Shown here piece after piece: positions 48,412-56,159 of a stretch of 64,000 nt of DNA. The translations under genes and the position numbers were made by a program. The first letter of the stretch is position 1. Every line of letters starts with the position of its first letter. Below the pieces are notes generated by a model. It made no database searches and was not told where the DNA came from. It saw nothing but the letters and a program-made list of their open reading frames with translations. Source of the stretch: Cyanidioschyzon merolae (lineage: Eukaryota); assembly GCA_000091205.1 (NCBI GenBank), contig AP006500.2. One strand, given 5' to 3'.

Positions 48412-51400
48412 GTGTCGTTCGCGGTGGCAATGGCGTTCGTTACTTTCGGGGTCGTGTCTGGAGGCACCGGGCGGCAACCGCTAGCTGACAGGTCACCGGC
48501 GTTCTTGAATCAGCACCCAAGAAAGACAAGCCGATCGGTGCGGTGTCGACGGCGAAGATTCTCGCGTAAAGTGTCTCGAAGATGTCTGCTGAAGCTCTGC
48601 AGCGTTGCTGAACGACAGTCATCCGACTCGGTGCGACGAGAGCAGGGACAGAAGCGGGGCAGCAGTAGCAGCGCCAGCAGCCGTGATGAGCGCTATGCGC
48701 GGAACGCAGCGGAACAGCGCCAGGCAAGCGACTCTGTATCGACGGAGACGCGAGCCCGAGTGTCTCGAGCGCTCCTACAGGGCGCGCAGGGGGTGGGCCT
48801 CGGCCTCTACTGGATTGCTCGGCAAGCGGTGCGTGTATGTGTGCCGATGGCTCGCTCGGCGTTTAGCCAGCTGTCAACGCTTGTGCAAGACCATTCCAGT
48901 CGCGCGTTCACCTCAGTGGGGGTCCAATCACAGCCAGAACCGCATCATAAGCCGTACGTTGCATCTGAAGCGGACGAGGCAGCGCGGGCGCGGCCTAACG
49001 ACACAGCCGTTGGTGCGGATCGTGCTCAGCGGCGATCTAATCATAAGAAACGGGGGCCACGTTCAGGTCCACCATCGGGAGCGAATGCTCCAGAGCAAGC
49101 AGACGAGATGTCAGCTCGACTGCGGAGAAAGTACCTTCGATCGTTTGGGAGCATTCCGGAAGTTGTACTCTTTGACCTTGTCGCCGAATGTGAAATGCGA
49201 AAGCAATTTGCGCTACCAGAGGAGACTCCATCAAATATGTCGCTTTTAGGGCAGCGAGCCTGCTATATCCCGTATGAGCTGCAGCGCATTATTTTCGACG
49301 AAATTTTGACGCCAGATTTTGCCGCCTCTGACGCTGACCGCGATCTGTTTCAGAGCAGCAATACATCCATTCCGCTCGGCGCCAAACACACGTTGCGAGC
49401 TACAGACGGCTCAGCGGCGTCCACCCCGAGAGCACCCGAGGTCGCTGTGCCGGTTCCCGTTCATATCATGGATTCGCTGGTGGCGGCTGTGGCACCCTGG
49501 AGCGCCGGCACTGGGAGTCCGGGGAGCGCACCAAAGGCGGCAAATTCGCCGAATGATTGGAGTCAAACTGCGACAGCGCCTCGAGTCGGGGTCCAGGGCG
49601 AGTCGCCGGCATCTACTTCCAACCTGGACGATATGGTACCTGCAGCAGCAGCAGCAGCGGCAGCAGCAGCAGGGCAAGTATCCGTGGATTCTTCCGCCCG
49701 CAGGGGCAGCATGCTGTACATCCCGATATCGGCGCTCGGGAGCTTGTGGCAAGCCATCTCGGCAATGAGTGCGGGCGGACGCAAACGGCGCGAGGAGGCG
49801 CAACGTATTCGTACGTACTCGAATGCCGCCGACGCTATGGCTCGCGAGGATGCCGTTATGGCGGGTCTCGCTGGCGCAGACGGTGGAAGCACCATGGCCT
49901 CGGCATTTGCAACAGCGAGCGCCATTATGGCGAGCACACCGACGCGATCGCCATCGATACCCGTGCAGGGCGCCGAGGCTGGAACTACCGCTAGTACGCG
50001 CGAAACGGAACAGAAGGCCTCGCGTCCAACAAATGGATCCGTGGAATCAATCGAGGTATTGAGCAGACCGCAGGCATCGGCTGCCAACTTGGGCAATCAG
50101 CAGAAGCGAGATCGCACGGAGTCGAAAGAGGGGACGGGTGCGAAGCAGAGCGCACCAGTGAACCCGTCATCAGCGTCTGCTGCATCCGCTGCAGCTACCA
50201 GTACAGAAGTAGCTGCAGCGGATGCAGCAGAAAGTCCTCTGTCGAAAGACAAGACGAGAAACTGGTGGTCGACGCTTTTCTCGTTTACTTGGCCACGCCC
50301 GCGGAACGCTGTCGACTCGGGATCTGCGACTGCGACTAACTCGGAGGATCATGCAATTGAATCCATCCAGCGCCTGTTGCTTTCACGACATTACGGGGCA
50401 GGCGCTGGCCATGGCCCTGTGGATGCTGCCGTCTTCGATGAGCTCGTCGATCGAGTGGAGCAGCTGACGCTTCGCGCTGCAGCAGAAGCGGCCATGGCGA
50501 TTCGCACGCGAAAACAAGCCATTGCATTTCTGGAAGAGGTAGGTGTGGCACCGTTGTTGAATGCACTGAGCATGACGGACTCGCTGCAGCTCTCGAGGCC
50601 GGATGCTGGACGCCGCAGGAACAGCAACAGCAACACCAACCTAGACGATGAAACCGCATCACAGAGAAAGCGCCCACAACAAGAACAGCAACGTGAAGCC
50701 GCCTTCACGGTATCCCTAGCTGTGGCTGCACTCGCAAATCTGACCAACGTCTTGCCTCGCTGCAAACCGCAAATCCTTCGTTATCCAGGCCTCTTGGATG
50801 GTCTGTTGCGTATCTTGGAAGCACCGGTAGCCGGAGAGTCATGGGAGATGCAAGGCAAGTGGAGCGCATGTATGCTCATCGGCACCCTGATGATGGATGC
50901 TGCCACGAGCGATCGTGCCCTCTTCTTCCGGAATCGTCGACTGGTTCGCGTGCTCGAGTCCATGGCAGGCGGCACACGGGTCGGCTACCCGGAGGATGTT
51001 GCACGGGCATCGCGTCGGGCGCTCGCTTGTCTGGGCGTGCATCACTGGAGGCCGCGCGTTCGAGGCCAGCGCGGTTTGCGCATCCTTGCACTTGACGGAG
51101 GTGGCACTCGGGCGCTCATGTCTTTCGAGATTCTGAAGCACCTAACCAAATTGACTGGCTGCCAGTTGCATGAAATGTTCGATATCATTTGCGGAACCTC
51201 GACGGGGGCGATTATTGCCGGCTCGTTGGGGATTCGCCGGCGTCCAGTTGAGGAGGTCGAGAGCCTCTACCGTGAACTAATCGGCAAAATTTTCGCCAAA
51301 AAGCTGAGCAGTGCGCCGAAAATGTTGCTCACTCGGGCCTACTACGATACGGACTTGTTTGAGAGCATTCTGAAACGTGAGGCAGGCTCATTGCGGATGA

Positions 51401-52284
51401 TTGATTCCACCATGGACCGGGATATGAACTACGTGTTCTTCGTAAGCTCCGTGATGAATCGACGTCCGCACCAGCTGCATCTGTTTCGAAACTATTGCCA
51501 CGCACCAGGCCAGGAGTCCAGATACCCAGGGACTGTGGATGCAACCCTATGGCAGGGTATGCGGGCCTCGTCGGCGGCTCCGACGTTTTTTTCGGAAATT
51601 GTATTGAATGGACTCATTCACGCAGATGGAGCTCTGGTTGCGAATAATCCCGCAGGGGTGGCAGCGCACGAGGCACGCCGCTTGTTCCCGAATGTGCCTA
51701 TCGAGCTCTTGGTGAGCGTGGGAACCGGAGTCGCCGAGAAGACTAGCCCTCTATCGCCGCTAAGCACCACGGACAGTGGTGTGTCCACGGGCACCAGAGA
51801 GGGCAGCGGTGGCGACGGCGGTGCCTCAACCGAGAGCGAAGCTGCGAGTGCGCTTCGTGAAGCTGCCACGACTTCGGCGATTTCCGCAAGTGGTGGTGAT
51901 GGTGCAGATGCCGCAGCTGCTGCCGTCCCGAGCCGAATGAGCTGGAACGACGTGATCAACTCGATTGTGGACTCTGCAGTCGGCACCGAGAGTGTGCATC
52001 ACATCCTGGAAGATGTGTTGCCTGCAGATGTTTATTTTCGATGCAATCCAGAGATCAGCGTGATGAATATTGATGAGGTTCGTCCCGGCAAGCTCATGGA
52101 AATGATTCGATGTGCACAGGACTACATCGCCGCGAATGCTGATCGCTTTGATGAGTTAGCGGCACGGCTGCGCCCGAAAATGCCCCAGAATTTACTAGAA
52201 CGGATCCGTTTTGAGCTGCAACAGGAGGCCAGTCTGATTCTCGACTTGGACGATGCACGGGAAGGGCCACTTCCTGCGCTTTAG
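48412..52284 (+). CDS. Patatin-like phospholipase (iPLA2-like) with long N-terminal low-complexity and ARM/HEAT-like region, 1290 aa
   Basis: The patatin catalytic motifs are the oxyanion-hole LALDGGGTRAL, the nucleophile elbow GTSTGAI (GxSxG) and the catalytic Asp in IHADGALVANNPA (DGA/G). They are preceded by repeats such as LANLTNVLPRC...LLDGLLRILEA. The N-terminal ~600 aa is low complexity, and the true start may be downstream of 48412. Confidence 0.85.
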   Translation: MSFAVAMAFVTFGVVSGGTGRQPLADRSPAFLNQHPRKTSRSVRCRRRRFSRKVSRRCLLKLCSVAERQSSDSVRREQGQKRGSSSSASSRDERYARNAAEQRQASDSVSTETRARVSRALLQGAQGVGLGLYWIARQAVRVCVPMARSAFSQLSTLVQDHSSRAFTSVGVQSQPEPHHKPYVASEADEAARARPNDTAVGADRAQRRSNHKKRGPRSGPPSGANAPEQADEMSARLRRKYLRSFGSIPEVVLFDLVAECEMRKQFALPEETPSNMSLLGQRACYIPYELQRIIFDEILTPDFAASDADRDLFQSSNTSIPLGAKHTLRATDGSAASTPRAPEVAVPVPVHIMDSLVAAVAPWSAGTGSPGSAPKAANSPNDWSQTATAPRVGVQGESPASTSNLDDMVPAAAAAAAAAAGQVSVDSSARRGSMLYIPISALGSLWQAISAMSAGGRKRREEAQRIRTYSNAADAMAREDAVMAGLAGADGGSTMASAFATASAIMASTPTRSPSIPVQGAEAGTTASTRETEQKASRPTNGSVESIEVLSRPQASAANLGNQQKRDRTESKEGTGAKQSAPVNPSSASAASAAATSTEVAAADAAESPLSKDKTRNWWSTLFSFTWPRPRNAVDSGSATATNSEDHAIESIQRLLLSRHYGAGAGHGPVDAAVFDELVDRVEQLTLRAAAEAAMAIRTRKQAIAFLEEVGVAPLLNALSMTDSLQLSRPDAGRRRNSNSNTNLDDETASQRKRPQQEQQREAAFTVSLAVAALANLTNVLPRCKPQILRYPGLLDGLLRILEAPVAGESWEMQGKWSACMLIGTLMMDAATSDRALFFRNRRLVRVLESMAGGTRVGYPEDVARASRRALACLGVHHWRPRVRGQRGLRILALDGGGTRALMSFEILKHLTKLTGCQLHEMFDIICGTSTGAIIAGSLGIRRRPVEEVESLYRELIGKIFAKKLSSAPKMLLTRAYYDTDLFESILKREAGSLRMIDSTMDRDMNYVFFVSSVMNRRPHQLHLFRNYCHAPGQESRYPGTVDATLWQGMRASSAAPTFFSEIVLNGLIHADGALVANNPAGVAAHEARRLFPNVPIELLVSVGTGVAEKTSPLSPLSTTDSGVSTGTREGSGGDGGASTESEAASALREAATTSAISASGGDGADAAAAAVPSRMSWNDVINSIVDSAVGTESVHHILEDVLPADVYFRCNPEISVMNIDEVRPGKLMEMIRCAQDYIAANADRFDELAARLRPKMPQNLLERIRFELQQEASLILDLDDAREGPLPAL

Positions 52285-52500
52285 GGGATGGACAAGCCAC
52301 CACCGCCGTTCTAAGTCGAACGACGCCAACGGTATACAGTAGTGGCGACCGGCGCCCTAGACGAAACGTCTCCAACTGACGTGCAGACGCCTCCCCGCCT
52401 TTTTGGACCGGCCACCTACTACTGCTTCCAACTTTTTCTCGTATAGTTCGACTTTGAGAGGTTGTCCAATAAAGTTCCCTCTTCATGACTTTGGAGGTGT
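52285..52500 (-). ncRNA. Predicted omega-RNA (guide RNA scaffold) region of Fanzor-like copy A, overlapping the C-terminal codons and the 3-prime tail
   Basis: The ~200 nt at the 3-prime end of the element is far better conserved at the DNA level between copies (2290-2410, 52285-52480, 56160-56280, 59385-59500) than the ORFs are. It contains the block gcgtctgcacgtcagttggagacgtttcgtctagggcgcc and the block gccactactgtacaccgttggcgtcgttcgac (minus-strand reading). In TnpB/Fanzor systems the omega-RNA maps here. Confidence 0.4.
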
Positions 52501-54794
52501 TTTCTCCAGCACCGCACATCTCCGTATATTGATAGCGGCATTAAAGTCTCGGTTCACAAATTCCATACGTTTCTTCCCATTGGTAGTTGTACTTACTAGT
52601 GCACCTAGTCCTCGCACTTTCGCTCTACTTTCCATTTGCTCCTCCGTCAGCGGTCCATACTTTTTCATATCCTCAGGGCTCCTCTGGAAATTTTCCATAT
52701 CCACTCTCTGAAGTGTACAACCCAGCTCATGGTGTGTGCAGGACGTTCGAAACTCATCTACAGGTATTGTAACAAAACGCCTTGCGCACTCCTTGTACGT
52801 TCTTGTCGTTGGAGCTGGCGTAGTTCCTTTTTGGGTCTTCCAGCGCCCTGCTCCATACGCTATTACGAGCCTTTGAGTCTTGTCTTCTTTGAGGGCGCTC
52901 AACTTATTGAAAAAGTTCGCGAATGCCCGCTGCGTCCCACCGAATAGATTCATTCGCAAACGAGCCCACCGGGGCTTGATATACCCCTCCCACAGCGCAT
53001 CCCAATGGGCAACACGAACTTCCATGAATTTCCGAAAAGCTTCAAAGTCCGCGCCTCGGCTCGTCACCTCGCTCGAAGATTCCAGGTGATCCTTCATTCC
53101 TGCATTCCATGCAGCAATTTTCTTCCTTGCATTCATTATACCGGACTCTCGATAGTATCTTGCTCTCGAGAACCTCAACAAATGCATGTCTTTCAGACGT
53201 AAGTTGCCGTCAATGCAATCTTCCGCACACTTTGGTGCTGCGATGGTAATGATATTCGTGTTCCCAGGGTCCATGCCAATGACAAAGTCGTTATCCTGCA
53301 CTTTCTGCGCCGCAGGACCCGCCTCGTTCTTTTCTTCATGCTTCGTCGCGTCAAGCATAAAGGCGTTATCCTGCACCTCCTGCATCACAGGATCCGCCTC
53401 CTTCCCAACTTCATCCTTCGTCACATCAACGATAAAGTCGTTACCCTCAATCTCCTGCGCCACAGGATGCTCCTCTTTGTTTTCTTCATGCTTCGCCGCG
53501 TCAACGACAAGCTTGTTATCCTCCACCTCCTGCGTCGCAGGTTCCGCCTCCTTCTCATCTCCATCCTTCGCCACGTCAACGAGAAAGTCATTATCCTCCA
53601 CCTCCTGCGTCGCAGGATACACCTCTTTGTTTTCTTGATCCTTCGTCACGGGTGCAGCCGAGTGAGGGACTGGCCGATCTCTCTTCAACCGCCGATAGTG
53701 TGCACACAAGGCTACTCCATCGGTTTCGATCATCCCAGTGAACAACTTTTGCTTGCTCACTCTCAGGCGTTTGAAATCGAAGATGTTCTTCCAGTACGTC
53801 TTCCGGTTTTCACCGGAGAATTCCTCCCTGCTGACACTGAACCCCGGACTGATCTCCTTAAAGATGCCGTAAAGGACGCCGGAGTCGATAGTCTCAAAAC
53901 TTGAATTGATCCTGGACAACGGATCAGCGTGGGAGCGATTCTCCAGAAGCGCAGCCTTCCCTCTCTCCGACTATTCGTTTTTTCCACACCCGGCTCCATG
54001 TCGGCCTTGCGTCCGTGCTTTCGGTTCAGAAACATGAAACAGCGCAGGATTAGTTGATAAAATCTCTCTTCGTGTTTTTTCATATTAGGTAATTTTCCTG
54101 TTGGACTGAGTAGCCCCAAGACCGCACGGTGCTCTTGAATAGTCGCGCGGATTACGGAAGCTCCATTTGTGCTCCTGCGTGATGTCTTCTTATCGACAAA
54201 TTCGATCTCATCTTCATACTTTCGATCGTTCGTGATGCCGTTGATCATCCCCCATATTCCTTTGCGAGAGATGCCCGGGTAGAGTGCAAACACGGCGCAT
54301 ATCATGAAACGTTCCGGGTACATAGTTAAATGGTTCTTCAGATTCGTGAGGTACTTCTTCGGCCCGTAGGCGTAAATACACGAGTCAACCCTGTATCGGG
54401 TACGCTCGAAGCGGTATTCGGCGTAGTTTTCGTGGAGAGCGTGCACTAGCACATTTTCCTTCCGCGCTTCCCCTGTACCAAGCATCAGGTGACGAATAAA
54501 GGTCTTGTGGAAAAACTCGTCTGGAATCTAGACCGTTTCCATGTGCGCCACATCGCGATACATCTCCCTCGCCAAATGCATCAGTCCTGACGACGTCTTG
54601 ACAATACTCTTGGAGTACGAGTCGACACGTTTTTTGATAGCGTCCCGCAACTTTTCCTTGTAGGGATGCTTGATATGTCCAAGAAGAAAGGTTTTCACCA
54701 CCATCTCGTCGTACAGCCGTCTTCCTTGCCGCCTTCGACGTAGGGCCTTACCGTTTCGGTCCTTCTTCTCTTCTTTTTGTTCTGGACTCGGCAC
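52483..54794 (-). pseudogene. Fanzor-like RNA-guided endonuclease homolog (TnpB-like RuvC nuclease with N-terminal extension), disrupted by one in-frame stop and one frameshift as assembled
   Basis: Motifs as for the parent element. D-x-NAA-x-NI is the TnpB/Cas12 RuvC-III signature and G-x-D-x-G-x-T/N the RuvC-I signature. The lesions could be real or could reflect unannotated introns or assembly error. Confidence 0.7.
53270..53650. repeat. About six units of a ~63-bp tandem repeat inside the copy A ORF (encodes acidic 21-aa repeats EVxDNxFxVDxxKxExxKEAxPA)
   Basis: Visible as repeated ...tcaacga(c/g)aa(a/g)(g/c)t(c/t)(g/a)tt(a/c)tcct(g/c)cacctcctgc(g/a)tc(a/g)caggat(c/a)c(g/a)cctcc.. units. 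The last unit runs straight into the RuvC-I motif [13 protein letters not shown]. Confidence 0.8.
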
Positions 54795-55238
54795 TATATT
54801 TGGGTTTTTTTGGCAGCCGGCGACACTGGGCCTCCAGGATCGTCGACTTGCTATTTACTAGCTTTTCCGTTTTTTAGTTTTTTTTTGAAAAAGAACACTC
54901 TTTGAACGCTTCTTTTATATTCTACGAATAAACACTTGACTAGACTTGTTTGAGGGCTGGAACAAAAACGAACTGAAAGACTGTACCTGGCTAAGACCTC
55001 AACAGAAAACCAACTTTTTACAGCTGAACACCACGCTATTGATACCAATCGAGTTTCCCTTTAACGGCGACGCGGCGCTTTCGGAACTCGATCCGCCGCA
55101 TCTCCCGGCTGGATCCTGCTGCGGTTCAGAGACCGCAAGTCGAAAAGTGTGTGGCTGTAGTTGAAGGCAAATATGGTGCACCACGCGGCAGTAAACAACA
55201 GAAATAGGTTGTGAGACGCGACAGTCGTGCGATGAAGT

Positions 55239-56030
55239 GTGTGGCGGCTTCTGCAGCGCTCGTCGTCAGCCACTCTTTTAAAACATATTGTCGTTCTTCT
55301 ATCAACTGTGTTTGCAGAAGACTCTACTGTAAAACGTTTGACCAGGTGTGATTCGAAACGATCGGAAATGTTGCGCAAAGTATCCTTAGTGTTCCTGGTG
55401 ACCCTGCTCTACGTGCTCGCTGCAGTTGTGTCGAAGCCGGTGCGTGGGCTCTCTCAGAGCAGCACGATTGCCGAGCTGCTCGCTGCGTCTCCAAGCTCGT
55501 ACCTGCAGAACGCGCTCACAAGCGGTGCGTTTCTCGTGAATAACTCAGCCGGAAGTATTCAGTTGTTTGACGTTACACAGAACTCGTTGTTAACGAGCGT
55601 GGGCCTCTCTACCCTGATATCCACGTTGAACAAGTGCGGTATCCAGGAGCTGCACGTGCAGACGGACGCGATCGAGTACGCGTACGTTGTTGAGGGTGAG
55701 GGCACTTTCACGCTGTGGTCGTCTAACGGCTCGGTGGTATTGTTGAAGGCCCCCTTGAAGCCTGGCGACGTGGCGATTATTCCAGCCGGCTGGCCGCACT
55801 TTTTCACCGGGTCCGAGACGTCCACGACGCCGCTGGTCTTTGTCTCGACATTCACCAGCGGAGAGCCACAGGTTTATTTCCTGGCTGGTGCTGGGAATCT
55901 ATTCGCGAACGTGCCATCCGAGGTCGGTAGCAGTCTGTTTAATGTTACCGCGTCGCAGTACGGATCGTTTTTCAGAGCGGAATCGACTGTGGGTGTCGTC
56001 TTTAATGAGACCTGTTTGGGGAATGCCTGA
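55239..56030 (+). CDS. Cupin/germin-like protein with an N-terminal hydrophobic anchor or signal
   Basis: A 263-aa ORF with a hydrophobic stretch LVFLVTLLYVLAAVV. Cupin motif-2 is matched by PGDVAIIPAGWPHFFTG (G-x5-P-x-G-x2-H-x3-G/N). A motif-1-like region reads GIQELHVQTDAIEYAYVVEGEG. The gene sits between two Fanzor-like elements. Confidence 0.5.
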   Translation: MWRLLQRSSSATLLKHIVVLLSTVFAEDSTVKRLTRCDSKRSEMLRKVSLVFLVTLLYVLAAVVSKPVRGLSQSSTIAELLAASPSSYLQNALTSGAFLVNNSAGSIQLFDVTQNSLLTSVGLSTLISTLNKCGIQELHVQTDAIEYAYVVEGEGTFTLWSSNGSVVLLKAPLKPGDVAIIPAGWPHFFTGSETSTTPLVFVSTFTSGEPQVYFLAGAGNLFANVPSEVGSSLFNVTASQYGSFFRAESTVGVVFNETCLGNA

Positions 56031-56159
56031 ACGATTTGAAATCGGGAGATATCAGTGCTGCTTGCGAATGCTGTCGGGGATGTAGCTCTGCTGCGCTCCG
56101 TTGGTTACATGGACAGGAAATTTGCGGATTCTTAAAAGATAGATACGTGACGCCGCTGC

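Larger units (their letters stand above)
52285..55080 (-). mobile_element. Fanzor/TnpB-like element, copy A (most complete copy, ~2.8 kb)
   Basis: The minus-strand ORFs run 54528..54794, then 53763..54485, then 52483..53919. Together they give an ~800-aa protein: an N-terminal extension, an acidic 21-aa tandem-repeat array, Ruv[42 protein letters not shown] and RuvC-III FVNRDFNAAINIRRC. There is an in-frame TAG at ~54528 and one frame change near 53760-53920. The conserved tail 52285-52480 starts 3 bp after the patatin stop codon. Confidence 0.8.

Noticed and set aside
53270-53650. The 63-bp tandem array considered as a possible CRISPR-like repeat-spacer array
   Set aside because: The units are contiguous with no unique spacers. 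They are in frame within a protein-coding ORF, are diverged as coding repeats, and sit in a clearly eukaryotic context.
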